A stretch of DNA of 64,000 nucleotides from Myxococcota bacterium (GCA_025054695.1 JANWZI010000007.1:333-64332), one strand, 5' to 3'; shown: positions 27,631-38,288, counted from the first letter of the stretch. Notes: a model not told the origin generated them from the sequence alone. Made by a program: numbers and translations.

Positions 27631-29013
27631 ATGGACCGCGACGACCCGACGCCGCGGAGCGAGCCTCGCGACGAGCTGCAGGCCCTGTTCGAAGCGCTGC
27701 GCGCGCAGCCTCAAGCGCCTGCGACCCTCTGCGGCGGACAGCAACCGTTGCACACCGTCTACGGCGGCGCCCATCTGTTTCGCGCCGACGTGGCGGTACG
27801 CCTCGGCCGCCGCGCGCTCGAAGCGCTCGAGCGCTGGGCCCCGGACGCGCGCGCTTTCGCGCGGGCCATCGGCATGCGCGGCGCCGACGACCCCGCCGAC
27901 CCCTTGCCCGAACGCGTCCATGCCCGCGTCCGCGCCCGCCTCGAACGGTTGCCCGTCGAAGATCTGCGGGTCGACTTCGAGGACGGTTTCGGCGTGCGCT
28001 CCGACGCCGAAGAGGACGAGCACGCCGATCGCGTCGCGCAGCAGCTCGTCGAAGGCGCCCGGAACGGGACGCTTCCGCCGTTGGTGGGCATCCGCGTCCG
28101 GGCGCTGGACGAGACGAGCGCGGCCAGGGCGGTGCGAACGCTCGAGCGCGTCGTACGGCCCGTCGGCACCGCGCTCGGCACGCTGCCGTCCGGGTTCGTC
28201 GTCACGTTGCCCAAGGTGCGCTGCGCCGCGCAGCCCCGGACGCTCGCGCGCCTCCTCGACCGGATCGAGCGCAGCATCGGCCTGCCGCCGCGGACGATTC
28301 CCATCGAGCTGATGATCGAGCTTCCCCAGGCGCTTTTCGGACCGGACGGTCGCATCGTCGTGCGCGACCTGCTCGACGCCTGCGAGGGGCGTTGCCGCGG
28401 CCTTCACTTCGGCACCTACGACTACACCGCAGCGTGCGACGTGACGGCCGCGCACCAGGCGATGGACCATCCGCTGTGCGACTTCGCGCTCGCCGTGCTC
28501 AAGAACGCGCTCTCGGGCACCGGGGTCTGGCTCTCGGACGGCGCGACGACCGAGCTGCCGGTGCCGCCGGAGCCCGAGTCGGGCGACGAGCCCGATCGTG
28601 CACGTCGAAACGCGGCGAGCGTGCACGCGGCCTGGCGCCGGATGTATGCGAACGTCCAGCGCGCGCTCCGCATGGGCATCTACCAGGGCTGGGACCTTCA
28701 CCCGGCCCAGCTTCCGGTGCGTCACGCCGCGGTGCAGGCGTTCTTCCTCGAGGGCATCGATTCGCTGCTCGAACGGCTCCGCAACTTCGTCGATCGGGCG
28801 GCACGCGCGACCCGGACGGGCGCGCTGTTCGACGACGCCGCGACGGGCCAGGGGCTGCTCAACCACGTTCTGCGCGCGCTCCATTGCGGCGCCATCGACG
28901 TCGCGGATCTCCAGGCCGTCGGACTGGCACCCGACGAGATCGCCACGCGCTCCTTTTCGCGGATCGTGGCCGCACGGGCGATTTCCGAGGAAGCCGACCG
29001 ACCCCACCCCTGA
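27631..29013 (+). CDS. HpcH/HpaI aldolase - citrate lyase beta-like TIM-barrel protein (family not resolved)
   Basis: 460-aa ORF. LRVDFEDGFG, IELMIELPQA and HFGTYDY resemble the metal/substrate motifs of CitE/HpcH enzymes. Confidence 0.55.
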   Translation: MDRDDPTPRSEPRDELQALFEALRAQPQAPATLCGGQQPLHTVYGGAHLFRADVAVRLGRRALEALERWAPDARAFARAIGMRGADDPADPLPERVHARVRARLERLPVEDLRVDFEDGFGVRSDAEEDEHADRVAQQLVEGARNGTLPPLVGIRVRALDETSAARAVRTLERVVRPVGTALGTLPSGFVVTLPKVRCAAQPRTLARLLDRIERSIGLPPRTIPIELMIELPQALFGPDGRIVVRDLLDACEGRCRGLHFGTYDYTAACDVTAAHQAMDHPLCDFALAVLKNALSGTGVWLSDGATTELPVPPEPESGDEPDRARRNAASVHAAWRRMYANVQRALRMGIYQGWDLHPAQLPVRHAAVQAFFLEGIDSLLERLRNFVDRAARATRTGALFDDAATGQGLLNHVLRALHCGAIDVADLQAVGLAPDEIATRSFSRIVAARAISEEADRPHP

Positions 29014-29015
29014 GC

Positions 29016-29141
29016 GAGCCGGAGTCCGAGTCCGAGACAGAGCCCGAGTCCGAGACAGATGCGGAGCCCGAGTCGGAGTCGGAGTCCGAGACCAAGTCCA
29101 AGCCCGAGCCCGCACCCGAGTCCATCGCCGCGCCCGAGCCT
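29016..29141. repeat. Hexamer array (about 21 units GAGTCC/GAGACA/GAGCCC) starting 3 nt after the upstream stop codon
   Basis: TGAGCGAGCCGGAGTCCGAGTCCGAGACAGAGCCC... It lies upstream of dnaK. Confidence 0.85.
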
Positions 29142-29320
29142 GAAGATGACGATCGCCGCGGCAGCCTGGCGCCCCCTCGGACCGAAACGGCGGCCCCATG
29201 AGCCCGTACTGCGGCCGGCACGCCCCGTGCCAGCGATCCCGACGCAGTCCTTGCGACCGCGGACGGGGTGGTTATCTTCGGGCCGTCGCTCGCGGTCGGC
29301 GAGCGCGGGACGAGGCAACC

Positions 29321-31213
29321 ATGGGAAAGATCGTCGGAATCGACCTCGGGACCACGAACTCGGTGGTCGCCATCATGGAGGGCAAGGAACCCAAGGTCAT
29401 CGTCAACGAGGAAGGCGACCGGCTCACGCCCTCCGTCGTGGCCTGGGACGAGCAAGGCGAGATCCTCGTCGGCCAGATCGCCAAGCGCCAGGCGATCACC
29501 AACCCGGAGGGCACCATTTACTCGGCCAAGCGCTTCATCGGCCGGCGCTACGAGGAGGTCGGCGAGGAAATCAAGCGCGTCCCGTACAAGGTCGTCCGGC
29601 GCGCCAACGGCGACGCAGGCTTCGTGGTCCGGGGCAAGGAGCTCGCTCCGCCCGAAGTGAGCGCGCACGTGCTGCGCAAGCTGAAGAAGGCGGCGGAGGC
29701 CTACCTCGGCGAGCCGGTCACCGAGGCCGTCATCACGGTTCCCGCTTACTTCAACGACAGCCAGCGTCAGGCGACCAAGGACGCGGGGCGAATCGCGGGA
29801 CTCGAGGTCAAGCGCATCGTCAACGAGCCGACCGCCGCCGCGCTCGCGTATGGCCTCGACAAGAAGAAGGACGAGACGATCGCCGTCTACGACTTCGGGG
29901 GTGGGACCTTCGACATCTCGATCCTCGAAGTGGGCGAGGGCGTCGTCGAGGTCATCAGCACCAACGGGGACACGCACCTCGGCGGTGACGACGTCGATCA
30001 CCGCATCATGGACTACCTGGTGGCCGAATTCCGCAAGGACACCGGCATCGACGTCAGCAAGGACAAGATGGTCATCCAGCGGCTCAAGGACGCCGCCGAG
30101 AAGGCCAAGATCGAGCTGTCGAGCAAGCTCGAGACGACCATCAACCTGCCGTTCCTGACGGCCGACGCCAGTGGACCCAAGCACATGAACATCCGCCTGA
30201 CGCGGGCGCGGCTCGAATCGATGATCGAGGATCTGGTCGAGCGCACCTTCGAGGCATGCAAGCGCGCTCTGGCCGATGCGAAGAAGTCGCCCTCGGACAT
30301 CGACGAGGTGGTCCTCGTCGGCGGCAGCACGCGCATCCCGCTGGTGCAGGAGCGGGTGCGCAAGTTCTTCGGCAAGGAGCCGCACAAGGGCGTCAACCCC
30401 GATGAGGTCGTCGCGGTGGGCGCCGCGGTCCAGGCCGCCGTGCTCGCCGGCGACGTCACGAACATGGTCCTGCTCGACGTCACGCCGCTCTCGCTGGGCG
30501 TCGAGACGCTCGGCGGCGTGATGACGGTGCTCATCCCGCGCAACACGACCATCCCCACGCGGCGCGAGGAGGTCTTTTCGACCGCCGAGGACAACCAGAC
30601 CAAAGTCGAGATCCACGTGCTGCAGGGCGAGCGCGCCGAGGCACGCCACAATCGGACGTTGGGACGCTTCTACCTCGAGGGGCTGCTGCCGGCGCCTCGC
30701 GGGGTCCCCAAGATCCGCGTCACGTTCGACATCGACGCCAACGGCATCCTGTCGGTCACGGCCAAGGACGAAGCGACCGGCAAGGACAAGAACGTGCGCA
30801 TCGAGGCCAAGAGCGGGCTCAGTCAGGACGAAATCGAGCGCATGGTCAAAGAGGCGCAGGAGCACGAATCCGAAGACCGACGCCGACGCCAGGAGGTCGA
30901 GGAGCGCAACCGCGCCGACCAGCTCTGCTATTCGGTCGAGAAAACGCTCGGCGAGGTCAAGGACAAGCTTCCCGCCGACAAGGTCTCCAGCGTCGAGTCC
31001 CGCATCCGTGCGCTGCGCGAGGCGATCGACAAGCAGGACGCGGAGGCCATTCGCTCCGGAACCCAGGCGCTCGAGCGCGAGTTGAGCGAGCTGGCGCGCC
31101 TCGCGTACGAATCGGCGAGCTCCTCGAGTGGGTCGGGCAATGGCAAGCGTCCCGCCGACGGTGGCAAGAAGAAGGACGACGTCATCGACGCCGAGTTCGA
31201 CGAGGCCAACTGA
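29321..31213 (+). CDS. dnaK: Molecular chaperone DnaK
   Basis: Internal ATG ([17 protein letters not shown]) of track ORF 29198..31213. Hsp70 signatures throughout. C-terminal ...[12 protein letters not shown]. Confidence 0.97.
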   Translation: MGKIVGIDLGTTNSVVAIMEGKEPKVIVNEEGDRLTPSVVAWDEQGEILVGQIAKRQAITNPEGTIYSAKRFIGRRYEEVGEEIKRVPYKVVRRANGDAGFVVRGKELAPPEVSAHVLRKLKKAAEAYLGEPVTEAVITVPAYFNDSQRQATKDAGRIAGLEVKRIVNEPTAAALAYGLDKKKDETIAVYDFGGGTFDISILEVGEGVVEVISTNGDTHLGGDDVDHRIMDYLVAEFRKDTGIDVSKDKMVIQRLKDAAEKAKIELSSKLETTINLPFLTADASGPKHMNIRLTRARLESMIEDLVERTFEACKRALADAKKSPSDIDEVVLVGGSTRIPLVQERVRKFFGKEPHKGVNPDEVVAVGAAVQAAVLAGDVTNMVLLDVTPLSLGVETLGGVMTVLIPRNTTIPTRREEVFSTAEDNQTKVEIHVLQGERAEARHNRTLGRFYLEGLLPAPRGVPKIRVTFDIDANGILSVTAKDEATGKDKNVRIEAKSGLSQDEIERMVKEAQEHESEDRRRRQEVEERNRADQLCYSVEKTLGEVKDKLPADKVSSVESRIRALREAIDKQDAEAIRSGTQALERELSELARLAYESASSSSGSGNGKRPADGGKKKDDVIDAEFDEAN

Positions 31214-31326
31214 CGGCGAGCGCGCACGCAGAAGGTCCTCTCACGCGGCTCGCCTCCGACGGAGGCCGCCGGAGCGTGGCGTCCGCGGTGCAGGCCGAGC
31301 GCGTGGCCGCGTCTTGGTCGCTGCGC

Positions 31327-31968
31327 TCAAAGCACGTAGCGGAGGTATGCGCCGAGCTCCACGCCGATGGCTCGCTCGCCGTCGGGGCCTCTGAGAGAGG
31401 GGAGGAGCCTCGCACCCCCGGCGACGCCGGCCGAATAATGAAGATGGACGAAGTGCCAGTCGATCCCCGCGTTGGCCCCGCCGACGAGCGCGACGGAGCC
31501 CGCGTCGTCGATACCGAACAACTGCAGATAGCGACCCGTGGCCGCTGCCACTCCACCGTCCACGCCGGCCCAGAGCGCTAGGCGGGACCCCAGGTTCCAC
31601 TGCAGACGCGCCTCGAGCACCGCCGAAAGGATCTCGACGGCGGTCGGAGACGGAGGACTCGGCCCCCGCGTCTCGTGCATGGACATCTCCCCACGCGCTC
31701 CGATCCACAGCCAGCGCAACGCCTCGACGCCCACGCCCAGCGACGCCCCCGGCCCCGGTTCGAGGTAGCGCCCGGCACCCCCGCGCAGCCAGCGCGCGCC
31801 GAGGCGCCCTTCGACGTACACGCCGTGAGCGTACATGTCGCGATCCACCCGGACCGCCTCCGGCGGCAGTCGCTCGACGTCGAGCCGGGTTCGGTCGACG
31901 GACTCGACCGGCGGTCCGTCCTGTGCGACGACCACGGCGGCGGTCACGATGCACGAGATCAGCACCAT
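31327..31968 (-). CDS. Hypothetical protein, possible outer-membrane beta-barrel
   Basis: Short signal MVLISCIVTAAVVVAQ. Alternating Gly/aromatic strand-like pattern. C-terminus GAYLRYVL. Confidence 0.5.
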   Translation of the reverse strand: MVLISCIVTAAVVVAQDGPPVESVDRTRLDVERLPPEAVRVDRDMYAHGVYVEGRLGARWLRGGAGRYLEPGPGASLGVGVEALRWLWIGARGEMSMHETRGPSPPSPTAVEILSAVLEARLQWNLGSRLALWAGVDGGVAAATGRYLQLFGIDDAGSVALVGGANAGIDWHFVHLHYSAGVAGGARLLPSLRGPDGERAIGVELGAYLRYVL

Positions 31969-32150
31969 CGAAGCGGCCCAGAGGCTACACGATCCGATCG
32001 GGACGTGGGCCGCGGATTCGCGCCGTGACGCGCGCCGACCCCCACCAAGCCCTTCGATCTGAAAGCGCTCGACATGCCCGACGGCCTCGATCCGCGGAGA
32101 CGCCCGTCCGATGGCGACCCACGGCGCCTCGAGTCGGCGCGATGGCCGGA

Positions 32151-32375
32151 GTCACGGCGGCCGGGCCAGCGTGGTTGATCGCGCCTTCTACTCGGTCTCG
32201 GACTCGGACTCGGCCTCGGCCTCGGGCTCAGGCTCGGGCTCTGGCTCGGACTCGGACTCTGGCTCGGTCCCGGCCTCGGACTCGGTCTCGGTCTCGGTCT
32301 CGGACTCGGTCTCGATCGCGGACTCGGACTCGCAAAACCCCTCGGCCACGTCAACCTACCTGACCGGCGCTGTCA
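32151..32375 (+). repeat. Composite MITE-like element copy B: left module, 23-unit array, right module, terminal CCGGCGCTGTCA
   Basis: GTCACGGCGGCCGGGCCAGCGTGGTTGATCGCGCCTTCTACTCGG, array at 32194-32331, then CGCAAAACCCCTCGGCCACGTCAACCTACCTGACCGGCGCTGTCA. Its terminal 12 nt are the exact reverse complement of the copy A left terminus. Confidence 0.85.
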
Positions 32376-32414
32376 GAGCCGGAGCTCCGGCACGCACGCG
32401 CGCGCTACGGCGGT

Positions 32415-32936
32415 TCAGCCTCCGGACGGACTGGCCGCGCCAGGCTCGACGCCTGCGGTGGGACGCTCGCCGACCCGGATGCCGACGACGAGGGTTCCTC
32501 CCTCGTGCTGCTGGCCCGCCACGAAGAACGGATCGCCCGGCGAGGCAACCACCTGGAGCAGCGGCAGGTAATCGTTCTGACCCGGCCGATTGATCGAAAC
32601 GCGAACGCGGTACCGACCATCCGGCGTCAGCTGCTGCAGGATGATTTGCAGACGGCGACCGTTGGGCAGCTCGACCATCGCAGGCTGGGCCGCGCGCAGC
32701 TCCAGACGGGGCCGCGCGAGCACTTGCATCTGCCGGAACGCGTTGAACGGCGGCCGCGCGAGCGCCGCGATGCCGGCGAGTTGCGGATCGACGGCACCCG
32801 GCTCCTCGCGTGCGAGCACGATGAGTACCTCCGCGCGGACCGCGCGTGCCGGTTGCGCGCCCACCGTCGGCGGACGCACCGAAAGGGCCGCGATCGATGC
32901 AATCGATGCGACGAGTCCGCATGCCCTCGCGCTCAT
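32415..32936 (-). CDS. Hypothetical secreted protein co-transcribed with the ECF sigma/anti-sigma pair
   Basis: Internal ATG ([20 protein letters not shown]) of track ORF 32415..33230. ATGA overlap with the anti-sigma stop. Confidence 0.6.
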   Translation of the reverse strand: MSARACGLVASIASIAALSVRPPTVGAQPARAVRAEVLIVLAREEPGAVDPQLAGIAALARPPFNAFRQMQVLARPRLELRAAQPAMVELPNGRRLQIILQQLTPDGRYRVRVSINRPGQNDYLPLLQVVASPGDPFFVAGQQHEGGTLVVGIRVGERPTAGVEPGAASPSGG

Positions 32937-33622
32937 CGCATCACCTCGTCCATGGTGCGAGCGTCCACGATCCACACGACCGCGATGGGCTCGCCGGCGT
33001 CCCCCTCGACCTCGAACACGCTGCCCGCGTTCTGACCGAAGTCGACCTCCTCGACCTGCGAGCCCATCGGAGGCTCGATGTGCAGCGCCGTCGTCTGCGG
33101 CGGACCTTGCGCGTCCACGGCCCCTTGCGCCTCGTGCCGCCCGCCGGGAGCGCGGCTGGCCCCAGCCCAGAGCAGCGCGAGCATGGCGGCGGCCGCCGCG
33201 GCGAAGGCGACGGGGATCCAGACCTTCCACGGCTCCACGGGCGGGAGCAGCACCGAGACCCGGCTCGGACGCCCCGCCTTCCCGACGTCGCGACCGACGT
33301 CCGCATCGGCGCCCAGCGCGCGGAGCGCGGGTCTCGACCCGGACGAGCGAGCCCCGAGCTCCGGCGCAACGGCCTCGCGCACCCCGCCATCGGTGCCCGC
33401 GCGCGCCAGTCTCGCGCGCAAACCCTCGAACGCGGCCTCGACGTCCACCGCTCCGACGCGGTCCTCGACCGCGAGCCGAACCATCGCGCCAAGCCGCTCG
33501 AGGCGCTCCCGATGACGGCGCAGCCCCGGTTCGCGCTCGAGCAGCGCGCGCACCGCGGCCGCCTGCGCCGGGGGCAGGTCGTCGTCGTGCAGACGCTGCA
33601 GCGTGCGCTCGTCCAGCTCCAT
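32933..33622 (-). CDS. Putative anti-sigma factor (single-pass membrane protein)
   Basis: Starts 1 nt after the ECF sigma stop. N-terminal helix LQRLHDDDLPPAQAAAVRALLE, TM helix VWIPVAFAAAAAAMLALLWAG, and an extracytoplasmic C-domain. Confidence 0.65.
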   Translation of the reverse strand: MELDERTLQRLHDDDLPPAQAAAVRALLEREPGLRRHRERLERLGAMVRLAVEDRVGAVDVEAAFEGLRARLARAGTDGGVREAVAPELGARSSGSRPALRALGADADVGRDVGKAGRPSRVSVLLPPVEPWKVWIPVAFAAAAAAMLALLWAGASRAPGGRHEAQGAVDAQGPPQTTALHIEPPMGSQVEEVDFGQNAGSVFEVEGDAGEPIAVVWIVDARTMDEVMR

Positions 33623-33623
33623 C

Positions 33624-34346
33624 TCACTCCTCGACCGTCAGCTCGACCTCGACGTACGCGCGAAGTCGCTGCTGCATCTTGCGTCGCGCGTGGAACAACC
33701 GGCTCATGACCGTACCCTTCGGGATCGACAACACCTCCGCGATCTGCTCGTAGCTCATCCCTTCCAGCTCGCGCAGGACGATGACCGCGCGGTGGTACGG
33801 CGGCAGTTCGTCGAGCGCCTCGTCGATCGCCTCACGCAGCCGACGACGCTCGACGGTTCGCAGCGGATCGGCCTCGGGGATCGGCGCGAGCGGGACGACC
33901 GCCCCCTCCGCATCGGCCAGATGGACTCCGAGCCCGTCGTCGTAGTCGAGCTCGCGCGTGCGGCGCGTCCGGCGCAAGTGGTCGATCGCGAGGTTCATGA
34001 CGGTCCGGTACAGCCACGTGTAGAAGCTCGACCGCCCCTCGAACGCATCGAGGTGTCGGTGGATGCGAACGAATGCTTCCTGCACCACGTCCTCGGCGTC
34101 GTGACGGTTGCGCAGCACGCCGCAGGCCACGGTGAAAACCCGCCGATAGTGGCGCTCGAACAGCGCACGGAAAGCGCGTTCGTCGCCTCGCCGCGCGGCG
34201 TCCACAAGCAGGCGGTCCGCATCCGGTCCATCCACCCGGTTCGACGCCTTCCCCGCGGAATCATTCACGAGGGACGAGAGCGGAACGGCACCCGCCCGTG
34301 CCGACGCCTCGGTCACCTGTCGCCGCCCTTCACGCGCCATTTTCAT
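33624..34346 (-). CDS. ECF (group IV) RNA polymerase sigma factor
   Basis: Region 2 (DAEDVVQEAFVRIHRHL, YTWLYRTVMNLAIDHLR) and region 4 HTH (MSYEQIAEVLSIPKGTVMSRLFHARRKM). Confidence 0.92.
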   Translation of the reverse strand: MKMAREGRRQVTEASARAGAVPLSSLVNDSAGKASNRVDGPDADRLLVDAARRGDERAFRALFERHYRRVFTVACGVLRNRHDAEDVVQEAFVRIHRHLDAFEGRSSFYTWLYRTVMNLAIDHLRRTRRTRELDYDDGLGVHLADAEGAVVPLAPIPEADPLRTVERRRLREAIDEALDELPPYHRAVIVLRELEGMSYEQIAEVLSIPKGTVMSRLFHARRKMQQRLRAYVEVELTVEE

Positions 34347-34382
34347 AGCGGAACCGGCGCAGGACGGCCAGCCACCCGGACC

Positions 34383-35723
34383 TCAGCGCGGCGTTCCCCC
34401 TCGAATCCAGGCCGCCACGACCCCCACGTCGGACAGTGGGAGCGGCGGCAGCGCGAGTGGCATGCCCGGCGCCATGGCCCCCGCGCTCGCCGCGTTCGAC
34501 TGAGGGAAGGCCGGCGCGAGAGTGTCGTGGCCTTCGGGCACGACGTCCCGCACCGCCTCCTCGTGTCGCCGAAGCAGTCGGGCCAGCAGCGGCGGCACCC
34601 CGTCGGGTCCTGGCGCGAGCACCGACCGCCGGCGACCGTCCGGCAGTCGGACGCCGGCGAGCACGCCTTCGTAGCTCGCCAGGTCCAGCGCCGTCGCGTC
34701 GAACCCGAAGGCGCTCGCGGCCGCGGCGTCGGTCGAGTGCGCGTGGCAATGCACGCACGAGCGCTGGAAAATGCGCCGCACGTCGTCGAATCCCACGCGA
34801 CGGGAGGGCATGGGCAGCGACGTCCAGGCCGGTGGGGGTTGCGGCGGAGCCGCAGGACGACCCGCGTCGCCGAGATAGAGGAAGTCGCGGACGGCGATCG
34901 CCTCCTGGCGCGAGATGCTCGGGCGCGGCATGCGTGCGGCCGGATGGACCGCGGTCGGATCGACGATGACCGCAAGTGCGACGCCCGGATCCATGCGATC
35001 GCGAACGAATCGCAGGTTGGGCGCGAGCGTGGCGGCCGGGCCGAGCGCCGCGATCGCGGCGGCCGGAAGCCGGAAGCCGGGGTCCAGGTTGCCGAAGGCG
35101 TGGCAACTGGCGCAGGCGCGGACGAACACGGCCCGACCGGCGTCGACGTTGGCGGGCGACGGCGCCGGCGCTGCCTCGAGGCGTGGTGGGCCCACCTGCG
35201 CCCTCAGATATGCCACGATGGCCCGTGCGCGCTCGGCCGTGACGGGCAGCCGCGGCATCGCCTCCTCGAGCCGCGGGCGAACGTCGTGCGGACGCTCCAG
35301 ATATCGGGCGAGGTAGTCGGGTCGCAGCCGGGCCGCGGCGTGCGCGAGGTCCGGAACCTCGACGAAGTGTCGGACGCGAGGGCGGGAGCCCAGCCCTGGA
35401 CGCTGACGGCGCAGCAGCGCCTGGTGGCAGCCCGTGCAGCTCTGGGCAACGGAGGGACGGGCGATACCCGGCGCGTCGTGGCACAGCACGCAGCCGTGCT
35501 CGACGAGCGCGCGCCGGCCGAGCTCGATCGAGGCTTGCTGCGCAAGCGCGCCTGCGACCGGCAATTTCCCCATGAGCGCCACCACCAGCACGGCGGCCGC
35601 CGATCGGGGGAAGCGTTCCGGCCGCACGCAGCGCAGCCGGTCGGTCGACGGCGCCAGACGCGCGACGATCATGACCAGGTACCCGACCCCGGCCGCCGGA
35701 CCAGCTGCTACGCGAAACGACAC
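34383..35723 (-). CDS. Multi-haem c-type cytochrome (four CxxCH)
   Basis: CVLCH, CTGCH, CASCH and CVHCH motifs. N-terminal hydrophobic signal. The C-terminal part resembles planctomycete-type cytochrome domains. Confidence 0.8.
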   Translation of the reverse strand: MSFRVAAGPAAGVGYLVMIVARLAPSTDRLRCVRPERFPRSAAAVLVVALMGKLPVAGALAQQASIELGRRALVEHGCVLCHDAPGIARPSVAQSCTGCHQALLRRQRPGLGSRPRVRHFVEVPDLAHAAARLRPDYLARYLERPHDVRPRLEEAMPRLPVTAERARAIVAYLRAQVGPPRLEAAPAPSPANVDAGRAVFVRACASCHAFGNLDPGFRLPAAAIAALGPAATLAPNLRFVRDRMDPGVALAVIVDPTAVHPAARMPRPSISRQEAIAVRDFLYLGDAGRPAAPPQPPPAWTSLPMPSRRVGFDDVRRIFQRSCVHCHAHSTDAAAASAFGFDATALDLASYEGVLAGVRLPDGRRRSVLAPGPDGVPPLLARLLRRHEEAVRDVVPEGHDTLAPAFPQSNAASAGAMAPGMPLALPPLPLSDVGVVAAWIRGGTPR

Positions 35724-35741
35724 GTCCGAGTCCAGTGCGGC

Positions 35742-36527
35742 TCAGTCGAGCCGCGTCGCATTCGACGACGAAACGCCACCGTCGGCGGGTCGGTTGCTTC
35801 CGACGTCACCCCAGACGGCAACCCGTCCCCCGAGAGCCTCGTCGAGTTGTGCGTCGATGTCGTCGAAGAATGCCGCGAGGGGCTCTGCGTGAGCCAGGCG
35901 CAGCGCGAAGGCGTTCGCCATCGCGACGAGCATCGCGTCGGGATCCTGCTCCAGCCGACCGAGCAACGCGTAGGCGCCGTAGCACGCGCCGTAGTCCACC
36001 GGCTCCGTCTCGCAGAGCGACACCAGCTTCTGCGCCTCCGACATCGACTGCTCGCGGTGACCCGACGCCGCGAGCGCCACCGACAGCCCGAGCGCGACCG
36101 GTGTCGCCGCCAGATCCGGATCCGCGCGCAGCGCTCTGCGATAGGCGGCCACCGCAGCCGCGTGTCGGCCGAGCTTGACGTAGGCATCCCCGATCATCGT
36201 CCAGGCCACCGGCCGGTTCCAACGCTCGATGCGGCCGGCGTACAACGCCCGACGAAGCCTGCGAACGGCGGCCTGTGGGCGACCGTCCTCGATATCAAGG
36301 TACGCGCGGCCGAGCTCCCCGTCGGTCTCGCCGCCACAGAACATGGCCTCCTCGTGGCCGAGCTCGATCTCGGCCTCCGTCGTCTGCTGTGGCGTTTCTT
36401 CCGGCAACGCGCGCAGTGCGTCCAGACCAGCCCCGGGCGGTGGTTCCAGGCTCGGCTGGGCTCGCAGTCCCGAAGGAACGACCAGCAGCACGCACGACAG
36501 TCCGAACAGAGCGCTTCCGAGGCTCAT
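35742..36527 (-). CDS. Secreted TPR-like repeat protein
   Basis: Internal ATG (MSLGSALFGLSCVLLVVPSGLRA) of track ORF 35742..36794. TPR-like helices (IGDAYVKLGRHAAAVAAYRRALRADP). Confidence 0.65.
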   Translation of the reverse strand: MSLGSALFGLSCVLLVVPSGLRAQPSLEPPPGAGLDALRALPEETPQQTTEAEIELGHEEAMFCGGETDGELGRAYLDIEDGRPQAAVRRLRRALYAGRIERWNRPVAWTMIGDAYVKLGRHAAAVAAYRRALRADPDLAATPVALGLSVALAASGHREQSMSEAQKLVSLCETEPVDYGACYGAYALLGRLEQDPDAMLVAMANAFALRLAHAEPLAAFFDDIDAQLDEALGGRVAVWGDVGSNRPADGGVSSSNATRLD

Positions 36528-36827
36528 GACGACCCTCCTACCGACTACGCTTGAGGCAACGGCCGTGCCCCCGAGGTTCCCACGCTCTCGCGACTCCGCG
36601 CGAGTCAGCCACACGGGGTACGCGGGGATCCCGAAGGGAAGAGCATCCAAAGCGTGCTGCGAAATGACTTCCGAATTGCGGACGCATCGCGTTGGATTCG
36701 TCGACCACGACGAGAGTGCCACGCTCCGGCGGACCTCTCGCTCGACATCGGGGTGAGCACCGAGGAACACGCGATCGTGCATCGGCGTCCACAATCCTCG
36801 ACCTGGCTAGCCGACCGGATTGCGCCG

Positions 36828-38288
36828 ATGGTGGCGGTGCTCGCCACGATCGGCTGGGGATGGGCGGCGTGGCCCTACACGGTCGACGACGCCTACATCG
36901 TCGCGCGGGTCGGTCGCACGCTGGTCGAGCACGGCACCTGGGGCATCAATCCGGCGATGCCCGTCGACGCGGTCACGTCCCTCCCGTGGGGACTCCTGGC
37001 GGCCTCGGCGGTCGCCTTTGGCCTCGACCCGATGGCGGTGGCCAAGGTCGTCGGCATCGCCTGTGCCGCGCTCGCCGCGTGGATCTGCGTGCGGTCGGTC
37101 GCACGGCGCGCACGTGGTCGGACTGCCGCCTGGCTCGCCGCGATGCTCGTGAGCGGGCAGCACCTCAATGGACTTTCGGCCGCGGCGGGACTCGAGACGG
37201 GCCTCGCCACGCTTCTCGTCACCGGATCTGCGACCGAAGCGGCTCGCGCCCGGCCGCGCGCCATGCTCGTGGGCCTGCTGGCGGGCGCGCTCGCGTGGGT
37301 GCGCCCCGAGGCGACGGCGGCAGGACTGGCCGCGCTCGCGGCGCTCGCGCTGCGGCGACGTCTCACCGTCGCCTCGGTCGCGGTCGCCGGCGGCGCGATT
37401 CTCGGCGTCGCCGCGCTGCGCCTGCTCGCGTTCGGCGACCCGTGGCCGCTCGCCGCCCACGCCAAGCCGCCCGATCCTTCGCACGCGGTGGCCTATCTCG
37501 CGTCGGGGCTCGTGCTCTCCGGGGCGATTGCGCTGCTACCCGCGGCTATCCCCGCATTGCGCAGAAGGGATCGTCGGCCGTGGGGTCTCGCGCTACCTTC
37601 GGTCGCCGGGCTCGGCGCGATCCTGGTCGCGGGCGGAGACTGGATGCCGACGTACCGGATGATCGCGCCGGTGTTGCCTCCGCTCGCGGCGCTCGCCGCG
37701 CTCGGTCTCGCACGTCCCTGGCCGGAAATGCGGCAGTCGCGCTCGGCGCTTCCCCGCATGGCTCGTCGCATCGCCGTCGTCGCGCTGCCACTCACCGCGG
37801 TCGCGTTGCCCGGCCTGGACGCCTGGAACGAGGTCCCCGAGATGCGCCGCGCGGGGCTGCTCGCATCGCAGCGGGGGCCGCTGCTGGCCGAGCGCATCGC
37901 CACGCACGGTCGGCGCGTCGCCCTGGTCGACGTCGGCATCGTGGGCTGGCATCGGCCCGAACTGGACATCATCGACCTCGGCGGACTGACCGAGCCATCC
38001 GTCGCGCGCGCAGCGGGCGGCTACCTCGACAAGCGCATCGATCCGGGATGGCTCGCGGCACGTGGCCCGGATGTCATCGTGGTCCACAGTCGCACGCGGC
38101 CCTGGGTCGATCGGGAAACCGGCCGAATCCGCATCCGCGGCCATCCCGTCGAGCACCGGGTTCTAGGACTCCCGTGGGTCACGAGGAATTTCTTGCCACG
38201 GGAGCTGTTCGAATACCGACGAGGCTACTGGTACCTCGTGATGGCCATCGCCTCCGAACGCACCCACGCTCGCGCGATCGCCCCGTAG
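36828..38288 (+). CDS. GT-C fold membrane glycosyltransferase-like protein (ArnT/arabinofuranosyltransferase-like); start uncertain
   Basis: Part of track ORF 36654..38288. Many TM helices. First-loop motif TVDDAYI is typical of GT-C enzymes. Soluble C-terminal domain. GC3 is low before about 36700. Confidence 0.6.
   Translation: MVAVLATIGWGWAAWPYTVDDAYIVARVGRTLVEHGTWGINPAMPVDAVTSLPWGLLAASAVAFGLDPMAVAKVVGIACAALAAWICVRSVARRARGRTAAWLAAMLVSGQHLNGLSAAAGLETGLATLLVTGSATEAARARPRAMLVGLLAGALAWVRPEATAAGLAALAALALRRRLTVASVAVAGGAILGVAALRLLAFGDPWPLAAHAKPPDPSHAVAYLASGLVLSGAIALLPAAIPALRRRDRRPWGLALPSVAGLGAILVAGGDWMPTYRMIAPVLPPLAALAALGLARPWPEMRQSRSALPRMARRIAVVALPLTAVALPGLDAWNEVPEMRRAGLLASQRGPLLAERIATHGRRVALVDVGIVGWHRPELDIIDLGGLTEPSVARAAGGYLDKRIDPGWLAARGPDVIVVHSRTRPWVDRETGRIRIRGHPVEHRVLGLPWVTRNFLPRELFEYRRGYWYLVMAIASERTHARAIAP

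Noticed and set aside
33603-36554. Long antisense ORFs (33603..36554 of 983 aa, 2288..4126, 8473..10473, 59764..61731, 27547..29199 and others)
   Set aside because: They lie opposite genes with strong family signatures, have Arg/Pro/Ala-rich nonsense composition, and are expected in 70 percent GC DNA where stop codons are rare.
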